A stretch of DNA of 63,771 bases, the filler included, from Collodictyon triciliatum (Eukaryota), in NCBI GenBank assembly GCA_043381765.1. It is 5 parts of 5 records of this genome, joined end to end, with 100 filler letters (N's around TTAATTAATTAA, not from the genome) between each part and the next. Parts side by side here need not be neighbours in the genome. Positions count along the whole stretch, not along the records: positions 1 to 13,872 come from JBHJMP010000474.1; 4 more parts are not named here. One strand, 5' to 3'. Shown here in pieces: positions 1 to 11,500 of the stretch. The translations under genes were made by a program, and so were the position numbers. The notes below the pieces were generated by a model. That model did not search any database and had not been told where the DNA came from. It saw only the letters and a list, made by a program, of their open reading frames with translations. Each line of letters begins with the position of its first letter. The stretch's first letter is position 1.

Positions 1-158
1 AAAAAAAAAAAAAAAAAAAAAAAGAAAAAAATAAAAAAAAAAAAATAAAAAATTTTTTTTTTTTTTAAAAAAAAAAAAAAAAGAGAGCGAGATAGAGAGA
101 GGAGGCATTGAGAGGGGAAAAGAAACCGGGATATAACGCTGATAAAAGCCAAAGAAGA

Positions 159-3100
159 ATGGGCGATTCTGCCGACGCACTCGACTCGCTCCAGCGGCGG
201 ATCGCACAGCATCGCGAGACTCTTCAGCAGCTCGAATCGCGACTCAACGAGCCCATCCACGAGTCCCAAAGCACAAGTGCCTCTGCTCAAAGCCAACTGC
301 TCGACAAAGCTGCCCACTCTCCTCACACGCTCACTCATGGGATTCCAACCTACCTCGAAAGTGGCTGCAAAAACTCGCCCGTCACATCAGACTCGCTCGA
401 TCCCGCTGCTTTGCAGACTCCACGTTCGGAGCGGCTTCTTCCGCGCTACGACTTTGAGGCTGCCGCGATATGGCCCGCCCTTGCAGACGGCATCGACCTG
501 CCAATCAATCGCCGGGCAACGCCCAGCAAAGCGCATTATATGGCTACAAACGCAGCCGAAACGCCAAGAAAGTCTGCCGCGCCGAAACAACACCCGGCCT
601 CGAAGCCCAATACCAATACGCATGCAGACCAGAACGGACGGTCGGCCGGTGTTGGAGTGGAAAGATACCGAGTCGCGCGCGGCAAGGGTGGTACAAAGGG
701 TCGTGTGCCTATGCATGACTCGTTGAGTGAAGAGAGCTCTGGAGAGAACTGGGTCAAGCATATCACGGATGAATATGATGGTTTCATCCATCGCCCATGC
801 AGGCGGGAGTCTCCGGTTCAAACTTTGGTGATTGAATGGGCTCTTGTTCTAAGTTTTGCACTGAGCTTTCCCTTGATTGATTGATTGATTGATTGATTGA
901 TCGATTAGTTGATAGCTTGTTCTTTTTTAGATTGTTACTGTGAAAAAAATATTATATCTGTTGATAATATTATTGATGAGATTATTATTCTTTCTTCTTA
1001 TTTTTTTTTATCTTTTGATCACAGAAAGCACGGCCTAAGCATCTAATTAGCAGCATGGATATAACCGCAAAAATGGTTTGTTTGTTTGTTTGTTTTTGAA
1101 GTAGGGAATTTCTCTGTATCACAAAGAGCATTAAATGAATAAGAACATCCTTGTAAAATGTTTCTCGTCCTGTTGTTTAAATGCTTCATTAAATGGACGT
1201 ACCGAAAAAAATACCAATTGAATATAATGATTTGTCAACAAATTACACTATGAATAAATATCCCACGATCGAAGCGGTCAATGTGGGACGAAGATAAAAA
1301 GAAGATTAAAAAACTGGAGGCTAAATGCAAATCATATGCTTTGAGATTGAAAGCACAGTCCAATTTTATCAAGGTAAATGTTAACCTTTCTGCATTATGG
1401 GAAAATTATTCATTTTTTGTTCGATTTTTTTTTTTTGTCATTTATGAGTATATAAGACCTATTTTCATGGTGCAAGAGTGAAACATTTCATAACCACATT
1501 TAGTATCTTTCATTTCTCATCGGCATATAAAAGTAATTACCAAAGGTATTTATGTATTCATAATTACAGGCCCTCCAAAACCAAATAAGGCTAAAAGACG
1601 ATGTACATGCCCAACTTCAAGAGAAAATCGAATCAAAAACACGATTTATCAAAGCAAAGAAACAAACCGATAAACTGGCAAAATCTGCACACAAAGCCAA
1701 GTTCAAAGGTGAAATATGCACAATGACATAACAAACGGGATAGCCAACTTATGAAGAGAATTTCATCTTCTTATGGTCAATATACTGAATATCCAAATTC
1801 GTGATACAAATAACTAAAGAATCATGTGTTATTTTGTGCATTTGGGGATGATAATTATTCATTAAATAATTGTGAAATTAACAGTCGACAAAGAAATTGT
1901 CCAGCTCCGACAGGAAAACCAACGACTCCAGCAAAAATTCATCGACGTTGGTGACGAAATAAATTTTTTGAGGTGTCATGAGCAAAGACTAAAGGACTCT
2001 TGTCAGCAAGCTGTCGATGTTTGACTCCTTTCTATGTTTATTTTTAATTCGATGAACCCGAATATATCATAACCGCTGTTTTCTGAGAATTTGATTTAAG
2101 CTTTAGTTATAAATAAACTAAAAGTATTCCGATTTCTTTTTTAAGTATGCATATCAAGCAGTAATTCTCAGTTGGGAATTTTACCCTTTCCTTTCAATGT
2201 AGTTGTCATATTATATTTGAAAAAAAAATCATTTAAATAGCCCTTTTTATTCATCCTAGGCTGCGAATAGCATGGAATCATTTTATCGGCAGGCATTGAA
2301 GCATGCAAAGGACATGGAATCGAAAGTGGTAGATTTAAAAAACCAACTATCGACCCACCAAGAGAAGTCAACCGAGTTGAACTCTAGGATGGAAGAAGTA
2401 TTCCACGAGAATCACACTTGCTTTCGCAATATTATATTATTCATTCTAATCGCTCTCCAGTCATTGATTTCCTCAACAAAGGATTCGGAAGATAATTAAA
2501 CCCATGACCCTTTTTTTTCTAAAAAAAAAATAATTAATTAACATTGGATACAGCTTATGGTCGAAAATGGGCGATTAAAAGGCGAGATTCACTTGAAAGA
2601 ACAGCATTCTCGGGGTTTAGAGGCTATGGCGTCTAACTTACGGGTATGTGTATGAGATATATGTACATATCAAAACATTTGGTATGAATCTCATGATCGA
2701 TATTTCTGTCATATTCGTTTGAGGCTATGAGAAAGATAAATAAATAGCAGCTATGTAAACATTTTTTTTCGGCTCAACATGACAATATCAAGATTACACC
2801 TTACCATGGTAAAACTGCTATGCTAATTCAAAAATATATCATAGCACGAAATTAACCTTCGTGATGGAGAGTCAGATGAATTGAAGCGCAAACTCTTTGA
2901 TATTACGAAACAAGCTGCCGCATTAGACCGACAACACCAAGAGAAACACAAAGGAAATCCACGCTCTATTGACCCTGGGATTTTGTCACCCCCGCCTGAA
3001 ATTGATGATGCCGTAAATATTGAAGACTCCACATCCAGTGTAGACCTTAGCTCCTCTCTTTTATCGAGCCATCGCCTATATTCTGTTGCAGGTTGGGTAA

Positions 3101-3403
3101 AGCGGATAGACCCTCCTATTAAACAATCTATAATTTTTACTTCAGCACAAAGTATTTTTGTGATGATTCTTACTTTTACAAATCGATGACAAATTTTTAA
3201 CGAATTGGTTTATAAATACTGTAGTCTGTCATTATTTTAATATGATTTCGTGATTTTTGTTTTTTGTAGTTTTTTGTAGTTTTTTGTAGTTTTTTTGTTT
3301 TCCCAACTAAAATTAGCCAATAATTTGTCCAGCAAGAAAACGAAGGGATGATTCTGTGTCAACCTCGTTGTCGTCATTGAAAGACAGCCTCGGGACTAAG
3401 TAA
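159..3403 (+). CDS. Multi-exon (about 9 exons) hypothetical coiled-coil protein
   Basis: Splicing at GT-AG sites gives one continuous frame: MGDSADALDSLQRRIAQH...ESP|KARPKHLISSMDITAKM|RSMWDEDKKKIKKLEAKCKSYALRLKAQSNFIK|ALQNQIRLKDDV...|DKEIVQLRQENQRLQQK...|...|HEINLRDGESDELKRKL...|RKRRDDSVSTSLSSLKDSLGTK* (TAA 3401-3403). Heptad-rich; no family recognised. Confidence 0.75.
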
Positions 3404-3520
3404 CATTTATTTCAAAGTTTCATCCCCATTTCGTTTTCCATGCAGTGCTATTTTCAACTGGGCTGGTTCGTCTACTTTCTTCTTTTTACATTTCCTTTTT
3501 GCAATTTTTATTTATTTTTA

Positions 3521-3622
3521 TTTGTTTTGTTTTGTTTTGTTTTGTTTTGTTTTGTTTTGTTTTGTTTTGTTTTGTTTTGTTTTGTTTTGTTTTGTTTTGT
3601 TTTGTTTTGTTTTGTTTTGTTT
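3521..3622. repeat. (TTTTG)n microsatellite
   Basis: Perfect pentamer array read directly from the sequence. Confidence 0.95.
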
Positions 3623-4069
3623 CGACGTTTTGTGCCTTCGTTTGAAATAAGAGCGTTTTCTCCAGCGATAATACCACGAAACGTGACTAAGCGAAGGAAG
3701 AAGAGCTATATGATTAAGAAATCTCATCTCCATTGCGCAGGAGGGACCTACAAAAGCTGCAGGAACGAATGAATCGCGTGTACGGAACTTCCCGTATCTC
3801 GACAGACTTTGGCCCTAATGGTCGGATTCGCAAAGACTCTGAATCCTAAACTCAATCTTGAGACAGCCTGATGCTTGTAGAATGAAACGATGGAAAATGA
3901 AGAAGGAATCATAAACTGTTCTATCAAAACAGAGTATTTTTTGAGTTGAATCCCAGCTGAGTACACCAGCATTTTCTTTCATAGAATTCGACTTGGATTG
4001 CAACCTGTTGTATTTGTTTATTGGACAACAGTGGATGGAAGGTTTTATTAGTGTGACTTTATTTTTTTA

Positions 4070-4665
4070 TCAGGGTTGATGGTTCTTTTTGCGTATTGTT
4101 AATACGTTCTTGCCAACGCGATTGACAACAAAAGGCCTTAAAGTCTTGGCAGCAACAGTCCTTCATTTGGAATCTCCTTGGGAAGCGGCCTTGTGTTTAG
4201 CTACAACGCGGTTCATTTCTTCATCGTCAACCCCGACCTTTTGGAGGGTAGAGAAACTGCTTAGTGGGCAACTTTTTGCTAATGAGCAATGTATAGTAAT
4301 GAAGAGGGGACGAGCGCCTTCGACGGGTTAGATACTGGAATGGCGACGGGGTAGGTGACGAGATACCATACTTTGAAACGGTTAATGACGCTCTGATATG
4401 TTCCAAACACAAACGCAGAAAGGATGCCGAGCGTGATGATGTTGCGAACCCTATTGAGGACAAGCAGGACTCATTGAGGCGTTTTGAGCCAGGATGGTTT
4501 TTTGTCTAGCGCAGACTTAAGTCCTGTAAGGATAACTCGCATCTAGTGTCCGCCTTTGGGATTCGCTTTTGTGAAGGGAATAATGAGGAGCAAACCTGGG
4601 TATGGGGCGGGGAGTTGTAGCTGGAGTCGCGTTGGGGGTGGGTTTCGGTTGATCAGACATCGGTG
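4070..4665 (-). pseudogene. Degenerate intronless ORF remnant, possibly the N-terminal domain of a tyrosine recombinase (DIRS/Crypton-like element relic)
   Basis: Higher GC than the flanking DNA. The minus frame reads ...ILSAFVFGTYQSVINRFKVWYLVTYPVAIPVSNPSKALVPSSLLYIAH*... with several internal stops and a frameshift. The TY-x5-RF-x2-W...LLYIAH pattern loosely resembles integrase SAM-like domains. Runs into a gap. Confidence 0.3.
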
Positions 4666-5122
4666 NNNNNNNNNNNNNNNNNNNNNNNNNNNNNNNNNNN
4701 NNNNNNNNNNNNNNNNNNNNNNNNNNNNNNNNNNNNNNNNNNNNNNNNNNNNNNNNNNNNNNNNNNNNNNNNNNNNNNNNNNNNNNNNNNNNNNNNNNNN
4801 NNNNNNNNNNNNNNNNNNNNNNNNNNNNNNNNNNNNNNNNNNNNNNNNNNNNNNNNNNNNNNNNNNNNNNNNNNNNNNNNNNNNNNNNNNNNNNNNNNNN
4901 NNNNNNNNNNNNNNNNNNNNNNNNNNNNNNNNNNNNNNNNNNNNNNNNNNNNNNNNNNNNNNNNNNNNNNNNNNNNNNNNNNNNNNNNNNNNNNNNNNNN
5001 NNNNNNNNNNNNNNNNNNNNNNNNNNNNNNNNNNNNNNNNNNNNNNNNNNNNNNNNNNNNNNNNNNNNNNNNNNNNNNNNNNNNNNNNNNNNNNNNNNNN
5101 NNNNNNNNNNNNNNNNNNNNNN

Positions 5123-7747
5123 TGCAGCTCGATGCGAATTCCGGGCTTCAGGTAGTTACTGGCCAGTGTCGGCATACCGATTCCTAGATTCACATACCTG
5201 CATATAATAGTTCTCTTTAAGCGTGTCAGCAATTCTTTACATATGGTTGCATAAGTAGGACACATTTGATGCCGATGCAGTATGTTTGTTGAAAAGCAAC
5301 TCACATCCCATCCTGCAGAAGTAGATCAAATCAGTGGCAGAGTATGCATTTCATATGTGTAAATATTCGCGGCAATTATGAATGCTTAATTAGCATATCA
5401 TTCGTGATGACCTATATGACAATAAATCAGAAGACATGAAAGTCACTTGGAACTCCTGTGCTGCTCTCTTCACTATCCTTTCTCGCATGCCATCAACTTG
5501 GGACTCTTTGCTTTTTTCGCCCAAGTCGACTGTCAGTCTCTAATTTGGAAATATGACCATAATGAATATGACGACATGAGAAAATAATGTGGTACCAATC
5601 GCTGGTAAGGTTCGTAATCATAAAACATGTAGATGAGAATTAGTCCCCCATTCACGTTTTCCTTGAGGGTCATTATCTCGATCTATTTGTTCGCATTAAT
5701 GGTGTTATAAAGGTGACTTTTTTTTCTTACTTCGATCCTCTTCTCAAATGACCCCTTGACAAGGCGGTGGACATAGATTCCGGGCAGGTGGATCTGATCC
5801 GCTGGGAGCTCTCCAGGTTCGACAATCTCCTCCACCTGTGGCAACATTTTGCATTATTAGCAAAGTAGAGAATGGTTGATTACATGTCTTCACAAGACTG
5901 AAACGTCATCAGGTTTCTGTTTTATTTGATGGTTTTGGAAGCCCTTCTACTTTAATGCTCATAGGAAGCATAAGAATGTAGATGCTATATTTACTTTATC
6001 ATTATGTGCACTCAAATTCACTAGTCTTTTTATTCACTACACGAGGCTATACAGAGAACTAAACTAAAAAAATGCATGAAAAATAGATATTTGCCATCAT
6101 CATTACCTCTGCGATAGTAATGTCCGCTGCCTTTGCGACATCGGGGTTGAAGTTGCGAGCGGTTCCTCTAATTATTATATCACCAACCATCACAATTAGA
6201 CTGCCTTGTGATACATATTATCAAAAGGTTCTTTATTTTTTCCCGAATCGCATACTATGTATGAGGAATTTAAATCTACTGATTAAGCTTTCTCACCGGA
6301 ATATGATATTTCCTCGAGTGTCTGCTTTCCAGCCTTTTATGAATGCATACTGACCACGGATAGACTCTTCCATAATGTACGTCCGACCATTGAACTGTCG
6401 AGCCTGTGTTAATGAGTGATTTTATTTCTTGAGTGAGGCAGTTTACTTGATTCCACAGTTTAAAAATTCGCGGAAGCCTCGTAATGGCTACATCAACATC
6501 AACGGCGATGAAGAAAAAAAAAAGAAGAAAAAGAACTGTTCAATATGTTCTTTGAGTTGAAATGAAGTCGAATAAATCAAAAGAGTATCAATATATATAT
6601 ATATAAGAAAAAGGGAGGCTGTATACCTCGCGCGGGGAGCTTTTAATCGCAACAGATTTATCAGTGTTGTATTTTATTGGGAATCCACCCTCGTGAACCA
6701 AAGTGCCTACTGCTGTCGGTGTGAAGAAGGCAGGAATCCCTGCGCCTCCTGCTCTCATTTTTTCCGCAAGTGTGCCCTGTTAGATTAAAGCAAAACTGTA
6801 AATAACATTGCTTTTCTGTGAGATTACTTTTTAAACCCTGAAAATATTAGTTAGGTGCTGTGGAGATGCTATATTTCTTTGTTTTTCTCCCTCATAAACA
6901 TAATTCCAGTTCAAATTAACGATTTCCAGAGTTTATTGTATGAAGACAGATGAAAATAAGATTATGCTCTTCTATACCTGAGGTGTTAATTCTAATTCAA
7001 GCTCTCCTGTTAAATATTGCCTTTCAAAAAGTGGATTTTCACCCACATATGATGATATCATCCTTTTTATCTTTTAAAGTAATGCATTAGGAAAAGGAGT
7101 ATATTATGATTGGCTTCAAAAAAAAAGAGGAAAAAGGGTATGCTATAAAATGGCTTGCATTAACAGCTCGGATAAATGGTTCACTATTTCTATATGCTAT
7201 ATTAAATGAAAGTTAAAATAGGCATTGTATCCAGATAGATGTAAACCTGTCGCGTCTGAAGAAGCAAACCAAGTCCCCAATCTTGCAACCCAGCATTATT
7301 GCTGACGACAGTCAGATTCTTTGCTCCTTGGTCGCGCAGCGCAATGATTAGATTCTCGGGTATTCCACAGACTCCAAAACCACCAGCGAGCAGCGTGATG
7401 TTGTCTGGAATATCTGCCACGGCTGTCTTTGCATCTGGGTAGACCTAGGGTAGTTTTTTTTTTTTTTTTGAAATCCAAAATAGATGTCAAAAGCAAAAGC
7501 AAAAAGTACACTCTTTCAAGAGGGAAAAAGGAGAATGTAAAACCTTGTTCACTTTTCGAGTCAGTGTAGACATCGCTCGAGCCTGTTACGGTGTGTGCGT
7601 CCCGAGTGTATTAGATTATTGTGATTTATTATTATTTTTTTTTAAAAAAAAAAGGTAGGGAGAATGTTTTTTTCTTATGAAAAAGGAAAAAGAACAAGCC
7701 TGTTGGCTGGCAGTGGCCGAGAAGTGCTTCATTGTTTGCAATGCCAT
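5123..7747 (-). CDS. OXCT1: Succinyl-CoA:3-oxoacid CoA-transferase (SCOT), mitochondrial; 3' part lost in or after the gap
   Basis: Exons encode [93 protein letters not shown] and [15 protein letters not shown]. The N-terminus looks like a mitochondrial presequence. Confidence 0.95.
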
Positions 7748-8577
7748 TCTTCGATTTTGCACCCTATGTGACCTCTTGTTTCTTTTCTTTCTTTTTTTTC
7801 TTTTCTTTTTGGACAAGTAGGAGAGGGCGGAGAGAGAAAAGATGAGTGAATTTCAGTCTGCTTAGGCGAAAGATCATTCTTTGAGACTGGGCCCTCAAGA
7901 AACCAACGACCACTCGAGGAAAATAAGAAACAAGAAATAAACACTCTTAAAACTTTGTTGTAGAAGAAACACTCCAGGCGGGCGGACGGACATGAGAAGC
8001 CATGGAACAAAAGTTTTAAAAACTAAAGTTATGAACTTCAGAACGAAACAAAAAAAAGATTAAAAACGAAAGAACGAAAAACCATTTAAAAATAAAATAA
8101 AATAAAACGAAACAAAACAAAACAAAACAAAACAAAACAAAAACAAAATAAAATAAAACAAAAGTAACAAATGCTTTGAGCGAATTATGCCCGAAGGATA
8201 CAGAGCAGACTGAGTTATTTATTTCCCACCAACCACTAATATTATTTTGATTCCTGCGGTGCGGACTGAGACGCGAATAGCGATGAGGCGAAGGGACGCG
8301 CCGTGTGCAAATGATCCAAGCAAAGCCCCAGGAAAAGCAAATGTCACGGATACGCAAGGCTTTGAGATATATATCTACCGGTGAGTTCCAAACATATCTC
8401 CAAATAAAGACTATTTCACATTAAATCCTGTTAAAATTTCCCTAATTGTCAAGAGCCACGGAAGCCTGCATCAAATGTTCTCTTCTAATCCTGGAATTTA
8501 TTTTTCTCAAGGGCGCTGCTTCGGGTGCAGGCAAAAAGAAAAAAATGCAAGCGGTGATGGTTTGCCACATCATGTTT

Positions 8578-11500
8578 CTAGGCAGCCGGCTGCAAAGGTA
8601 TATCGCCGAGTTGGTACGGCGAGTCTGGAACGGTGTAGAGCAGCACGCGCCCTGTGTTGTCGCCCGAGGCTATCATATCGCCCGAGGGATTGACAGACAA
8701 GCAGCTGAGCGAGCTGGATGGCCGCTGAGACCCAGGCGGGAGAATCTGGGAGTATGGAGTGTGGGTGAGCGACATGAAGCGCCAAGATGGGATGCGTTTG
8801 TGGCCAGCAAAGTGTCTTTGCCTGGTTGCTTGCTTACAGATTCTCCGCTGCGGTTTGCGTCCCATATCTGAATAAGTCCGTCCTCTGCCGCGGTGACAAG
8901 GTAGTTTGAGTCAGGCCACCAGCAGACACCCGCAACCCCTGATGGGTTTGGTGAGAGGTTGACTCTTTCGTGGTGTGCCACAAATAAGGGGCCGCCTTTT
9001 AATGGGTTGGAGTAGCCGTCATTATGGATTTCTTTTTTTTTCTTTTTTCTTTATTTGTATTATGTGTGATAATGTAATTGGTATGGTTATTAAAATATGT
9101 AGGTTTGTTTTGTCTTGCTTTCTTTTCTTTTCTTTTCTTTTCTTTTCTTTTCTTTTCTTTTCTTTTCTTTTCTTTTCTTTTCTTTTAGAAAATGTGAATA
9201 GTACTGTTTTTGCGAATGTCTGAAACTAGAAGCGAGCAATCGTACATTCCTTGGGCAATATAAAAATTGTTCTGATGAAAGGCCATACTCGCTGTCTCTG
9301 CGTTTAGCGTTCTTATGCTGAGATTCTATACCATGGGTTGGGTTGTGGTGGTAGTGATGAGCTTATGACTTTAGAAAGCGGGAGAGGCAATGAAAGGTAA
9401 TAGTAAGTAGAAAAAAAGTGTGCTGAAGCGCGTTTGTATGGAACTACAGGAAATAGTTTGTTATGTTTATGCTCTTCATATTAATATGTAATCACAAACA
9501 AAAATGGCGTCGAAAGAATTTTACGAACCATTTTTGAGGTTCTGCAGTCAAATAGGCTGACTCTACCCAACATGGCACACGCCAATAATTTCTCATCTGG
9601 CGATAACTCCATCACATCAATCGTCTTTGCACTTTTTACTTGAGTGGTTCGATTCATGTGCTCGAGGTTCCATATCTCTATGATGGACTAAAATAAAAGA
9701 ATCAATGGTGTGTGGTTCTTAAACTAAACTAAACAACTATTTTCACTTGAGTTGGAGATTGCCTTTCATAAGGAATTAAAAAAAAAAAGTGTAGTAGACA
9801 TATAAAGTACCATATGTACATAGTATGAAATTACATACAAGAAAGGCTGAAAAATAATAAGATTAGAATATTAATAAACAGAGTTACATTAAGATTGATG
9901 AAGGAAAACCAATCATCAAAAGAAAGAAAAGGTGAGCTGTTTTATAAACCCGTAACACAGCTTACACTGCAAGAAGAGTCATCAATTTCAGGATTTTTCC
10001 CGTCCAAAGAGTACAGTGTCCCCATATTTATGGTGTTCCCTATGATAATTTCCTCTCGTTTGTATGAAGCCAGGTTCTTTGGAACTTGGTGACTTCTCAG
10101 AGCGTCAGTTTCTGTGTTGTATTTCCAATAGAAAAGTAAATCATCATCTCCAATAGACGCAAAAGAAAGGCTCGAAGTGTCAGGATTCATAGCTATCCTA
10201 GTTACCTTGATTTTTGTGTATCACGATAAAATAGTAATTCTTAGTAAACAATCAACCTTGCATATAAAACACATACAAAAATGGCACTCGTAAGTTGTGA
10301 GCATTAGGCCGATGATGGATCTAATCTGAAACTTTTGTCATTTACTTTCTTTGTATGATTATCCAATGATTTGTGCATAAATCCGCTTGATGAATTCCAT
10401 ATTTTAATCGTCTTATCTAGCGAAGCTGTAACCAAATAGTCGCCGAAAGGTGAATACCGGGAATCTAGAACGCCGTCTGTGTGCCCCGTAAGCACATGCT
10501 TTTCCGCTAATGAATGTCGACCCACAGATATTACATTGGTTAGTGAGGGAAAAAAATAAAGATGGGAATGTCGACTGGACATTCCTGATTCTTGTATTAA
10601 TCAGAATAGTTCAAGAGACAGAGACAGAGATAGAGACAGAGACAGAGACAGAGACAGAGACAGAGACAGAGACAGAGACAGAGACAGAGACAGAGACAGA
10701 GACAGAGACAGANNNNNNNNNNNNNNNNNNNNNNNNNNNNNNNNNNNNNNNNNNNNNNNNNNNNNNNNNNNNNNNNNNNNNNNNNNNNNNNNNNNNNNNN
10801 NNNNNNNNNNNNACAGAGACAGAGACAGAGACAGAGACAGAGACAGAGACAGAGACAGAGACAGAGACAGAGACAGAGACAGAGACAGAGACAGAGACAG
10901 AGACAGAGACAGAGACAGAGACAGAGACAGAGACAGAGACAGAGACAGAGACAGAGACAGAGAGAATGTGTGTTTGAGAAGGGGGAAAAAAGAAGAAAAA
11001 GGAAGGCTTCAAAATGTGAAACGAGGAAAGTAATGCAGATAAAATCTATTTTCTTTTTATGAAAAATATCCCTCATTTGTGATGATGCTTTCATAGTATT
11101 TATGAAATAAAAATGAACTTTCGATTAGGTTATAAATTAAATGAATGCCTGGTTTTCCAGCTCTGAAATTATACAATAAAACTTCGTTAGGCGTTCCCAT
11201 CGATACGACACACATTTGCCTACAATGAAGCCAGGATGTCAATATTATTTCCCTTGAACTGAATAAAGGAGGAAAAATCAGGATGTCCAGTTTTTCTTCC
11301 TTTTCCTTTTGGAAGATGTGATGAAATGCATTTTGTATATGTATATTCAGCCCTTTTTCTTTATTCCCTGAATAGATAGATATTAACACACAACGAATTC
11401 GATTCAAATTAAGTGCCCAAACATCTCACCGTATATCTTTGTTAGGATGAAAATGAACATCGTTCACAGAACCTAACGGGTCACAGGCTGCCGAAGTCAC

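Noticed and set aside
8673-8865. Apparent frameshift between overlapping WD40 ORFs
   Set aside because: Explained by a GT-AG intron at about 8746-8837 (GES|ILPPG).
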